DNA of 64,000 nucleotides from a virus. A model generated the notes under the pieces. The model ran no database searches, had not been told where the DNA came from, and was given only the letters and a program-made list of their open reading frames with translations. The first letter of the stretch is position 1. Each line of letters starts with the position of its first letter. A program made the position numbers and the translations under genes. Of the stretch, positions 50,323 through 59,025 are shown in pieces. The stretch is from positions 32,001 through 96,000 of IMG/VR virus record IMGVR_UViG_3300045988_170943. The stretch is one strand, 5' to 3'.

Positions 50323-51423
50323 ATGACAGTCAAGATTAATGACGCCAAGTATAAGGTGCTCGGCATGCTGGCCGAGATCTCCGATGACGAGTTCACCAGG
50401 TGGAGTGAGAAGCAACTTCATGCCGTCCAGCGCAGCATCATTGAGCGAGTGTCTTCTGGCCCTGAGAAGATCAAGGGCTTCAACAAGAGGATCACCGATC
50501 TCTTCAACAAGGCATCCTATGTCAACAATAACGTGGTTTGCTACGTTGCTGTTGACGACGAGGAAGAGATCATCCTCTACTCTCTCGCCAAGACTTCAGC
50601 AAATAGTTTTGACCGCCACGAGTACGACACGTTCGGCTGGGACTTGGACACACTGAGCCATGACGATGACAGGATTGAGAACGTTGAAGTTCTTGCCGAT
50701 GTTATTGACAAGGCTAATGACCTTCGACGCAATTTCTTGCAGGCGACCGGCAGTCGTTTCGAGACCTGGAACGCATGTCAGGACCTTTGGGTCACCTGCT
50801 ACATAGCGAACGAGCAAATTTCTATGGCTGCCCAGCAGATGCATGACTTCATCGACCAGATCATGAGTTTCGTTCTTGGTGAGACGGGCTCTTTCAAGCC
50901 TAAGAAGGATCCCATCGGTGAGATTGAGTACTGGTTCTATGACGGGGGAACCATCTCTATCAAGAACGGGTACTACACTGAAACCTACAAGGTAGGCCCC
51001 CAGTACTTTGACGGTATCAAGACCTCCTGGATTTATCGGGCTAATGCCGTGGGACTCTCTGGGGATGCGGCTGATCTGATGAACGACATCCTTAAGAGCG
51101 GTGTCATGGCCTCCACAGAGAAGTTCGACTACTCGGAAGTGTACTCCCAATTCCCCGGGTACAGTAAGGAACTGACTGATCTGAGCAAGATGCAGGACGA
51201 CAAGACCTTCAACTATGGTGGAGACACTGACATCATTGACGGTTTCGTTATCGCCGACGAGGTGAAGAACGTTGACGACTCCTGGGCCCACGCTAGCGGC
51301 TACTACTCCGTAGCGGTCCTGTCTCGAAGCATCGACGAGGACACCTACTCCTGGAAGGAAATCTACGACTGGGGTGAGGTGTATGATTATCTCGTTCGGG
51401 CAGGCATGAAGGTCGAAGAGTGA
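50323..51423 (+). CDS. hypothetical protein, family B (with 54757-55854 and 56838-57881; distantly related to family A)
   Basis: Shared C-terminal core SGVM[AS].....F.Y...Y.....G[FY]....[LP]SD with family A. Confidence 0.65.
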   Translation: MTVKINDAKYKVLGMLAEISDDEFTRWSEKQLHAVQRSIIERVSSGPEKIKGFNKRITDLFNKASYVNNNVVCYVAVDDEEEIILYSLAKTSANSFDRHEYDTFGWDLDTLSHDDDRIENVEVLADVIDKANDLRRNFLQATGSRFETWNACQDLWVTCYIANEQISMAAQQMHDFIDQIMSFVLGETGSFKPKKDPIGEIEYWFYDGGTISIKNGYYTETYKVGPQYFDGIKTSWIYRANAVGLSGDAADLMNDILKSGVMASTEKFDYSEVYSQFPGYSKELTDLSKMQDDKTFNYGGDTDIIDGFVIADEVKNVDDSWAHASGYYSVAVLSRSIDEDTYSWKEIYDWGEVYDYLVRAGMKVEE

Positions 51424-51529
51424 GAACGCTAGCGCGATGTAAGGGCCACTTGTATCTGCGTGTCAGGCAGATCTCAAAGAAGTAAGAGGTCACCTGAACG
51501 GCAGCAGGCGACGAAGGACTTTGTGACTC

Positions 51530-51577
51530 ACTTCACTAGCCTCATGGTTGATCGGCCGTGAAGGTTGTGTCTATACT
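51530..51577 (+). promoter_or_regulatory. Shared-type promoter ACTTCAC-N11-TTGATC-N18-TATACT
   Basis: Motif match upstream of 51616. Confidence 0.5.
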
Positions 51578-51615
51578 GGAGTCATCACAGCGCAAGAACA
51601 CTTGAAGGAGTGATC

Positions 51616-51927
51616 ATGTTCTCTACATTCCCTGCCGTTATGCTCTCGCTGCCCACCCTCTTCGGCGGCGACAAGGCGACACCAGCCCCTTCGCACAACT
51701 CCCGTTTCAAGCACTGGGAGGGTAAGCGCGTCTGGGAGCCGCCCATTGGTGAAGAATCTGAGGGTAGTGTCGATTATGACTACTACGAGATGGCGCCTGA
51801 TGGGACGATTCGAGGTCACAAGCACGTCATGCACAAGCATGTCTGTGTGGCGCCTGATAACTGCCCGTTCGGTGGGGTTGATGAGTACTGCTTGGAGTGC
51901 CACTACGGGCTCCCCAAGCACGTGTGA
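51616..51927 (+). CDS. small Cys/His-rich protein with hydrophobic N-terminus (possible secreted metal-binding protein)
   Basis: SD gaaggagtgatc. C-terminal HKHVCVAPDNCPFGGVDEYCLECHYG cluster. Confidence 0.5.
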   Translation: MFSTFPAVMLSLPTLFGGDKATPAPSHNSRFKHWEGKRVWEPPIGEESEGSVDYDYYEMAPDGTIRGHKHVMHKHVCVAPDNCPFGGVDEYCLECHYGLPKHV

Positions 51928-52032
51928 CCCACTCCACCACTAAGATTGTTGCCTGAACCTTGATAAAGCATGTACGCTAGTGCCATCAAGGCTCAGGCAA
52001 CAAGGCATCTGAACCGTTTAGGAAGAAACACC

Positions 52033-52209
52033 CATGAGCACCAACAGTGCCAAGACTCTCGTTCATATTTCTTACGCTCTGTTCGCCATGGCTACAGTGT
52101 TTGGGGTTGCCGCCATCGTTGGCGGTCACTCCAACGCTTTTATGACTGGGTTGCTGGGGCTGGGTGGGGCTCTGTTTTACGCCAAGGCCGAGAAGACCGC
52201 CAACGAGTA
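52033..52209 (+). CDS. small membrane protein (58 aa), not in ORF track; abuts IS copy 2 left end
   Basis: Hydrophobic, Gly-rich helix-forming sequence; SD-like aggaagaaacaccc. The overlapping 91 aa track ORF is Arg-rich and read as a wrong-frame artefact. Confidence 0.4.
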
Positions 52210-52214
52210 GTGTC

Positions 52215-53795
52215 TATTTATACCGTCAACCAGTCAAGTTCTTGAGAGGAGGCTCAACAGAAGTGCCTAGAACCATTGTGTCGCGCACGTATCCTCGTAC
52301 ACCGTATGCTGCGTTCAGCAAGACTGGTGAGCCCTTAGATCTTGATGTGGTACTGGCTGGTATCAGGAAGGATGCTGAACTGGTTGTCCACTATGCCCTA
52401 CAAGAGATGACTGAGCATAATCTCGCTCTGGTGACCTATTTTGACAGGTTCAAGCCTGCTGAGGCAGGGCGGAGAATGGGTCTGTTTCTCCCTAGCGAGG
52501 TGAAGAAGCGGTTCAAAAGTGGGGCCTCACGACTGGAGAAGATGTTCCAGGAGCAGGCCGTGACTGCCTTACGTTCCTGGGCCACCAGATCTGGGGTTGT
52601 CTCTGGGAACTACACTGGCTACGTCTCCGCTGGCTGGAAGAGAACAGTCGGGGACTCCAGGTCAAGGGCCCTACAGCCTCGGCTCGCCCTGTCTGCTACA
52701 GATAAGCAGTACAGGCGTATGAGTGTTACACCAGAACGTATTTCTCTTGACATGGTTGTTCAGGGCCAGTGGGTGACACTGCATTTTCCTGTTCCTCCAC
52801 AACTTTTAGAGCAGGGCTGTGAGCCAGGTGTTCCAGACATCTGGGTTGACAGTCAAGGTCGAGTGATGTTTGGTCTCCATGGCATGACAGATCCTGGCAG
52901 ACCGGAGTTCTCACCCAGGTACGTCATTGGCGTGGATGTGGGGGTCACTAACCCGGCCGCCTATGTTGTCTGGGACACTGAGAAGAGGGAAATTGTCGAG
53001 AAGTCTCTGCTTGATCAGAGGGCGCGGTCTCTGCATAACAAAATCAAACGCGGGGTTAGGCAAGTGTCCTCTCTACAGAGGAAGAACCGCCCCGAGGAGG
53101 CCGTGCCCCATAGGGCGCATCTATCGAATCGGCGTAAGGAACTGAGTATCCTTGTGGCTCAGGAGGTCGCGGACGCTGCCTGGAGGTATGGTAACGCCCT
53201 GGTGGTGTTTGAGGATCTGAGCCATATCAGGAACACCATGAGGTTTGGACGTTGGTTCCGTGGCGAGGTGCATAGAAGAACACGGGACATGGTTGAGGCT
53301 GACGGTGGACGAGTGATGAAGGTGAACGCGGCGTACACCTCGAAGAGGTGTCATGTCTGTCAGTCTGATCTGGACATGAGCGACTACAGTAGCCCTGTGT
53401 GTCACTCATGCAACATCACTCATCACCGGGACGTCAACGCGGCGGCGAATATTGCCCAGCGGGCCAACGTCAAGAAGGCTTGTCAGACCAGGATGCGGCA
53501 CACCACGAAGACGAAGCGTGTCCGCCGCTCCAAGTGCCGGATAAAACCACTGAAATATCCTGGTACGAAGAACAAACCAACACCCAAGGCGCCCCAGAAC
53601 CGACCTAAGACTCATGCTCACTCGTCTCTTCCAAAGATGGAGGTGAGTAAGGGGATGTGCCCCGCAGAGTCTAGGGTTTCTGCGGTGGACCACAGGGAGT
53701 GGTTTCAGACAACCAGCGGCACGACAGTTCTAAAGGAGAACCTATCTATTGGGAATACAATAGATGTGGTTTATCCTAAGGAATAGTCATACTCT
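52215..53795 (+). mobile_element. IS605-family (IS1341-like, tnpB-only) insertion sequence, copy 2
   Basis: Aligns to copies 1 and 3 from about 45 nt upstream of the start to about 9 nt past the stop. Confidence 0.6.
52263..53786 (+). CDS. tnpB: TnpB-like RNA-guided endonuclease, 507 aa, probable GTG start (the track ORF from 52164 is an upstream over-extension)
   Basis: Same RuvC/zinc-finger motifs as copy 1. SD gagaggagg, then GTG at 52263, aligns with the ATG of copy 1. Confidence 0.85.
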   Translation: MPRTIVSRTYPRTPYAAFSKTGEPLDLDVVLAGIRKDAELVVHYALQEMTEHNLALVTYFDRFKPAEAGRRMGLFLPSEVKKRFKSGASRLEKMFQEQAVTALRSWATRSGVVSGNYTGYVSAGWKRTVGDSRSRALQPRLALSATDKQYRRMSVTPERISLDMVVQGQWVTLHFPVPPQLLEQGCEPGVPDIWVDSQGRVMFGLHGMTDPGRPEFSPRYVIGVDVGVTNPAAYVVWDTEKREIVEKSLLDQRARSLHNKIKRGVRQVSSLQRKNRPEEAVPHRAHLSNRRKELSILVAQEVADAAWRYGNALVVFEDLSHIRNTMRFGRWFRGEVHRRTRDMVEADGGRVMKVNAAYTSKRCHVCQSDLDMSDYSSPVCHSCNITHHRDVNAAANIAQRANVKKACQTRMRHTTKTKRVRRSKCRIKPLKYPGTKNKPTPKAPQNRPKTHAHSSLPKMEVSKGMCPAESRVSAVDHREWFQTTSGTTVLKENLSIGNTIDVVYPKE

Positions 53796-53815
53796 GCTTA
53801 CTACTCTAATCGGCC
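53640..53815 (+). ncRNA. Putative omega-RNA of TnpB copy 2
   Basis: Conserved segment ...ccccgcagagtctagggtttctgcggtggaccac...gtggtttcagacaaccagcggcacgac... shared with the other copies; divergence begins about 9 nt after the stop. Confidence 0.4.
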
Positions 53816-53978
53816 GCTTGTCCGTGTTTGTGTCAGCCGCTACGGGCAGGATTGGTACAGTGTTGACACTGCGGACGGAGGCGTTGCGGGCATCAAAAAG
53901 GCTTTCAAGGATGCGATGGAGATCGAAGAGTACATCCACACTGGAGGCAACAACTAGAACTCCCGCACTGGCGGCAAA

Positions 53979-54025
53979 GTGGGTCACACCTCATACTCGA
54001 CAGGTGTGACCCACTTCAGTATTTC
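53979..54025 (+). terminator. Hairpin terminator (13 bp stem) downstream of IS copy 2
   Basis: gtgggtcacacct ... aggtgtgacccac then ttcagtatttctg. Confidence 0.5.
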
Positions 54026-54220
54026 TGATGTGCGGATTGACCAACCCTAGCTCTTGCAATCTTGTCTGGTGACAGTGGTCAAGACGTACTTAACTGCTGT
54101 CACTTCTCCACTTCGGTTATCATGGGAATTCATGCTGGTGCTTGACGTGACTCCTATGGTAGTGTATTATTGTGTGTGGCAGTGATCCTGCTATCAAGAG
54201 TAGTTGTAGAAGAGGATGCA

Positions 54221-54532
54221 ATGAGCGACAGCCTTGGTGATAACAAGTTTTTCAAGTTTGCCAATTGTGCAGTTAATGTCATGCTTGTTATTGTGGGCAT
54301 TCTGCTTTTTCTAGCGGTTTTTCATCTAATCAACATGCGTTCTACTGCTGTTTCAGTAATCTTGTGCGTTCTTATGTTGATGACATCTGTTGCTGTAGGG
54401 TGCGCCATTGTTGCCGACATTCAGATGAAACGCAAGAAAAACATTGGTAACGGTTTAAGTGAGAATGGCGACGCGGCAAGCAGTCGTGATGGTGAAAGCG
54501 TCGCCATTCTCAGCCCGACGAACGCCACATAA
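54221..54532 (+). CDS. small membrane protein in low-GC islet
   Basis: Start refined to MSDSLGDNKFF; three hydrophobic helices. TTGACG-N17-TATTAT promoter upstream. Confidence 0.5.
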   Translation: MSDSLGDNKFFKFANCAVNVMLVIVGILLFLAVFHLINMRSTAVSVILCVLMLMTSVAVGCAIVADIQMKRKKNIGNGLSENGDAASSRDGESVAILSPTNAT

Positions 54533-54756
54533 GCCCCATCTACCATTTTGCTTGATTATTGTTTGACTCATGTGTCCATTTGATGGCTGCGTGGAAGAAA
54601 TCTAGCGTGTGTGCTTGCTTGACCGGTGCTTGACTGGAGCAGAGTAGAATGAGTACAACATAGCATACTGGCAGTTGAGCAGATCCCATGAAGCACCCAC
54701 CTATGAGGACGCCATCGGAGAAATCCGAAATAACCGAACACGTAAGGGGAGAAAAC

Positions 54757-55854
54757 ATGACGTCTCAGGACTCACAGCACCACCAGAACCTTGCTGTCCT
54801 TAGAGAGATAGTCGAGGATGAACTTGTAAGACATGGCAGTAGCGTCACTGACCTGGAAATGCTTGATGCTGTGCGACCCAGGTACGACCAGCATCCTGAT
54901 TCAACTGGAGATTTGATCAGGGTTCACCTGAATCCTATGTGGCTCATTTCTGATCATGTTGCCACGTTTATTGTGCGCAACCCTGACGGAACGTTCACTG
55001 CCTTTACCCTGTCGGAGGTAGTTATTGATGATCTTCCAGGAGGTTGCGTAAAGGTCTGGGGGTTCCAAGTTCTTTGGGACGACGATTACGAGAAGACGAT
55101 CAAGGTATGGGACTTGTGCAGCAACCTTGATAACCTTCGCCGCAAACGACTCAACCTTCCACGCGAATCAGACAAGTGGGACCTATACCAGTTAGCCCAG
55201 CAGGTTTGGTCCATTTGCCACCAGATTGCCGAGATTCTTGAGGTGGATGAGTACACGCTTGAAGAAGATGTCCCCAGTATCATCAATCGGATACTTCAGT
55301 GCGTGCTCCTTGTCCACATTGGTGAGGCCAAGGTTGAGAGGGAACGTCTCGTGGTCGCTGACCGTGAGAGCAGTGGGCTGGAACTGACTGACCGGAATGT
55401 TCCGCGAGTCATGCACGCAACAGGTCTCTGGCTGCAAAAGGGTGGCATTCTAGGGTTCGGTCACTCTTCCTTCTTCAGGCTCCCCAGTTACGCCTACCAA
55501 GGGTTCCATGTCGGCCCTGAGTATGCTGGTGGGATCATGGAGAAGTGGATCGATGACGCCAAGAAGGTTCGCAACGAGAAGAAGGTGCTAGAACTTCTGA
55601 ACGACATTGCCAACAGTGGGGTGTCATACTCAGACAGCATTGATTTTGATTGGCGAGACATCTACTCGTATATCCCTGGTTTCTGTGACGACCTGAGCGA
55701 CATTGAATCTGTCCGTGTGGTTGTTGAAGAGAACACCCATGAGTATGCTGTAGCCGGGTTCGTCATGAAGGATAATCCTAACGGAAAGGCCACCTATTTA
55801 TACCTGATTGACGACGGCCAACTTTTCTGGACGTCATGGAGCACCAAGCGATGA
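54757..55854 (+). CDS. hypothetical protein, family B
   Basis: SD taaggggagaaaac before ATG 54757. Conserved C-terminal core. Confidence 0.65.
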   Translation: MTSQDSQHHQNLAVLREIVEDELVRHGSSVTDLEMLDAVRPRYDQHPDSTGDLIRVHLNPMWLISDHVATFIVRNPDGTFTAFTLSEVVIDDLPGGCVKVWGFQVLWDDDYEKTIKVWDLCSNLDNLRRKRLNLPRESDKWDLYQLAQQVWSICHQIAEILEVDEYTLEEDVPSIINRILQCVLLVHIGEAKVERERLVVADRESSGLELTDRNVPRVMHATGLWLQKGGILGFGHSSFFRLPSYAYQGFHVGPEYAGGIMEKWIDDAKKVRNEKKVLELLNDIANSGVSYSDSIDFDWRDIYSYIPGFCDDLSDIESVRVVVEENTHEYAVAGFVMKDNPNGKATYLYLIDDGQLFWTSWSTKR

Positions 55855-56057
55855 GAACATTGAGAAGCCTTTCAGGGGTGCGATGGACATTGAGGCTGAC
55901 AACTGTGCTCCCACTGAATACGGCAGACAGGGCACCCCGTTTTAGTGGCGTGTGACGCTGATTGGTGCTTAGATAGTAAGGGTGCGTGCATAGAGTTTTC
56001 TACTCTGCACGCACCCTTACTGCCTCTCTTGATCGAATCTTGACTTATCTATCAAAG

Positions 56058-56555
56058 TCAGCGGTATGTGAACTTAGTGGGTATTTTTGCTGGCTTGTAG
56101 TCAGAGAAAGTCACTACTCCTTCAGCAACCATGACGTGAGGATCGCTGCTGGACACGGAGTACTTGGAGACGTCCAGATTGTCTTCTCCTAGCAGAGTGA
56201 ACTCAAGAGAGAAGGTAATGCCATGATCGTCCATGAACTTCTTGAACGTCTGAAGTTCTGATGCCAGTTCATATGCCTTCCCATCTTCGTATGAGACCTC
56301 GTAATCAAGCCCCTTGATATAGTCGCCAGTAAAGGTCAGTTCAGGACGGAACTCAATAACATACGTCAGGAATGAATCTTTTAGTCGATTCTCAATCAGT
56401 TCATTCCAGTCCTTCAGTGAGATCAGCCGACCACTGAAATCAGAAGTGAATGAGACGTCATCAATGCTGGAATAGTACCCCATATCGCACCACGCTTTCT
56501 GTGAGACTGTTGGATGCAGGTTGCTCTTTACCCTATCACATGCTTCGTCCGTCAA
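56058..56555 (-). CDS. hypothetical protein, family K
   Basis: Paralog of 31562-32050. Confidence 0.6.
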   Translation of the reverse strand: MTDEACDRVKSNLHPTVSQKAWCDMGYYSSIDDVSFTSDFSGRLISLKDWNELIENRLKDSFLTYVIEFRPELTFTGDYIKGLDYEVSYEDGKAYELASELQTFKKFMDDHGITFSLEFTLLGEDNLDVSKYSVSSSDPHVMVAEGVVTFSDYKPAKIPTKFTYR

Positions 56556-56837
56556 TCCAGCCTAAGCATGTGACCTATAACACAAGAGGTGTCAGTAGAG
56601 GGGTAAAACATTATCATCTGTGAGAGCGTTATCGTGGGGGATCTTGTAGTGATACTTGCCCCGGCAACCGCAACTAGGGGCGACCCTCAGAGGTGGGAAG
56701 TCCATGCTGTACCTCACTAGCATGGGCTGTATGATCAGTGTCACTACTTTCTAAGGTTGAGCCGCCACTCGCAACTGGTGTAACCTGGATGCAAGTCAAC
56801 CAACAAGTAGACAGCAACAGGCGAAAGGGTACGCACC

Positions 56838-57881
56838 ATGGCGGCGAAGAACCGTAACGACCGGAAGAACAACGCGATCTCTGAGGGAGATAGTGTCTAT
56901 GAGGCGCTTGCTATCCTTTCTAGGATCTCCGATTCTGTGATCCGAGAGAACACCCCAGGCCGGAACTTCGTCAAGGAAATTGTGTCTAAGGCAGCATGCG
57001 TCCCAAACTTTGACGCCGAGTCCACTAAGTTAGCGAACCAGGCTGCCTCCCTCAGTGGCGTTGTTTGCTCAGTTGTCACGGAGGAGAACAGTAAGTGTAT
57101 CCTCTACACACTCACTAAGGCGAGCACTCCTGTCCTCATGGAGGAGGTGTACAGTTGGAGCGTCAGCACCATGAGCGGTGACGACTACCACCTGATGGAG
57201 GCGTTCGCTTGTGCCGTTGATGCCGCGATCTCGATTAAGCGGAACATCGCCCTGAAGAAGGGCAACAAGTACCTGACCCATAACGAGATCCAGGCCCTCT
57301 GGGCTCTTCTCAACTCGGTCGATACGAAGGTCCCCAACGTGTACGGGACGGCCAAGATCATCACCCAGATTGCCCGCCACGTGCTCGGGAATGAGGCGTT
57401 CATCGGAACCGAACATGACTTCAACATCAACCACAACTCCTACAACGTCTCGTGGGAGTGGGTCTCTAACGGTGGCATTGTCGAGTTCAACGACATCGTT
57501 TACGAGGTCGGCCCAAAGTTCATGGACGGGCTTGAGAGTTACTGGGGCGACTGGGCGACTGAGGCTGCACCTTGGGACATGGTTGAACTCCTGAATGAGG
57601 TGAAGGATAGTGGCGTCATGACTGCTGGGCCAGCGTTCTTCGACTACTCCACCCTGTACTCCAAGGCGCCTGGCTTCTGTGAGGGGCCTAGTGACCCGAC
57701 ACTGATGCAGATCAACAACCCCTACAATGTTGACGTTGACATCGCGGATGGGTTTGTGATGGAGTTTGAGGGCGACAAGTACGCCATCGTGCTCTCCAAC
57801 TCCCACGACGACGCGGACAAGTACGAGTGGAAGATGATCACGAGTGACCGCTTCCTCCGGGGTATTGGTGCCCTGACCTGA
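56838..57881 (+). CDS. hypothetical protein, family B
   Basis: Conserved C-terminal core; the antisense 289 aa ORF is read as a shadow. Confidence 0.65.
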   Translation: MAAKNRNDRKNNAISEGDSVYEALAILSRISDSVIRENTPGRNFVKEIVSKAACVPNFDAESTKLANQAASLSGVVCSVVTEENSKCILYTLTKASTPVLMEEVYSWSVSTMSGDDYHLMEAFACAVDAAISIKRNIALKKGNKYLTHNEIQALWALLNSVDTKVPNVYGTAKIITQIARHVLGNEAFIGTEHDFNINHNSYNVSWEWVSNGGIVEFNDIVYEVGPKFMDGLESYWGDWATEAAPWDMVELLNEVKDSGVMTAGPAFFDYSTLYSKAPGFCEGPSDPTLMQINNPYNVDVDIADGFVMEFEGDKYAIVLSNSHDDADKYEWKMITSDRFLRGIGALT

Positions 57882-58019
57882 TAGGACACAACTCCCCCAC
57901 TCAACCCAGCAGGCAGGTGTGGCGTATGTCACCAGCACTGCTGCACTCGCGTGGGCTCTAGTTGTGTATAGTTAGAGACGGCGAAAGCAACCAAAACGAT
58001 CCTGAAGGAGAACCAAAAC

Positions 58020-58616
58020 ATGGGTATGCGCTCTGTCTTCGCAGCCATCAGCATCAACGACAACGGGGAGAAGGTACTGGACTATGCGACAGTTCAGTGG
58101 GCTTCCTACATCCCCCGTACTCTCGCCTATGGGTTCAGCCGTCTGGACGATGAGGGCAAGAACTCGCTGATCGATGTGTTCGTTAGGGGGTGCCAGCAGT
58201 TTGACCATATGTCTTGTATCGAACGATATGTTGTCTATGGCTGGTGCTGGAAGTACGTCCACATTATGGATGGATTCAGCGTCAAGATTGGCAAAAATAA
58301 AGGCCGCGATGTTATTGTGGGCGTTGACTCGGGAATTCGAGACGATACTCCTCCGCAGCAGCACAAGGTGGACAGCCTGGATGCGGCGAAAGAGTTCATT
58401 GCGGATCGCGGCCACAATCAGGACGGTGTTTCTGCCCTCTACGATCCTGAGAAGCAGACGTTCCACTTCATCTCCAATGACACCTGCCACCTCTATAAGG
58501 CTATATACAACGAGGACAGCAAGGTTGTCATGAGGGTTCCTAAGGGTGAGTGGGTGTCGTACTCTGTAGAGGAACTGGCCAGTCTTGGTGAGGACTTCGA
58601 CATGAGCGACGACTGA
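58020..58616 (+). CDS. hypothetical protein
   Basis: SD ctgaaggagaacc before ATG. Confidence 0.55.
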   Translation: MGMRSVFAAISINDNGEKVLDYATVQWASYIPRTLAYGFSRLDDEGKNSLIDVFVRGCQQFDHMSCIERYVVYGWCWKYVHIMDGFSVKIGKNKGRDVIVGVDSGIRDDTPPQQHKVDSLDAAKEFIADRGHNQDGVSALYDPEKQTFHFISNDTCHLYKAIYNEDSKVVMRVPKGEWVSYSVEELASLGEDFDMSDD

Positions 58617-59025
58617 ACCTCTCCGAGCACTTTTACTTGCGCTGCCACCACCCGCCCTATTCCAGAGGCGAGCAGTGGCAGCGCTTCATTCCACCCTGCT
58701 CTGACAGTAGCGGAGTAGGACTTGCTGCATGACCAGTTGGCGGATCCAACAATGTTCAGGATAAAGGTAGAACAGCCTTGTAACGTACAGCAAGCGTGTG
58801 TCTTCTGTTGACTTCAGCGGTTGGGTGTAGTATGATTGGGAGTTGACCAACCAATAGGATACAGGGAGCAGGAGTGAGGCATGGTTGCACTGATTCTAGA
58901 TGAGTTCTGGGTAGCGGCAAAATCAAAACAGGGGGAGGCAGAAATGTCGAGCCTGCAAGAGTATCTGGACTCTTGCAGACCCACAATTAAACTGAAGCAC
59001 ACCACCAAGAGGGAGGGTAATAGGA

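Noticed and set aside
50596-51291. 231 aa minus-strand ORF
   Set aside because: Antisense to family B gene 50323-51423; the plus frame is paralog-supported.
51970-52245. 91 aa Arg-rich ORF from the track
   Set aside because: The alternative frame encodes a 58 aa hydrophobic, Gly-rich membrane-like protein with better start context. The Arg-rich frame looks like off-frame translation of GC-rich sequence.
52164-52262. N-terminal 33-residue extension of TnpB copy 2 in the ORF track (and the TTG-initiated extension of copy 3)
   Set aside because: Alignment with copy 1 places the SD gagaggagg directly before the aligned GTG. The upstream extension would read through the SD and the IS left end.
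53764-54009. 81 aa ORF overlapping the tnpB copy 2 3' end in another frame
   Set aside because: It overlaps the conserved omega-RNA and tnpB coding region with no translation signals. Likely spurious.
57069-57938. 289 aa minus-strand ORF
   Set aside because: Antisense to the family B gene 56838-57881, whose plus-strand frame is supported by two paralogs.
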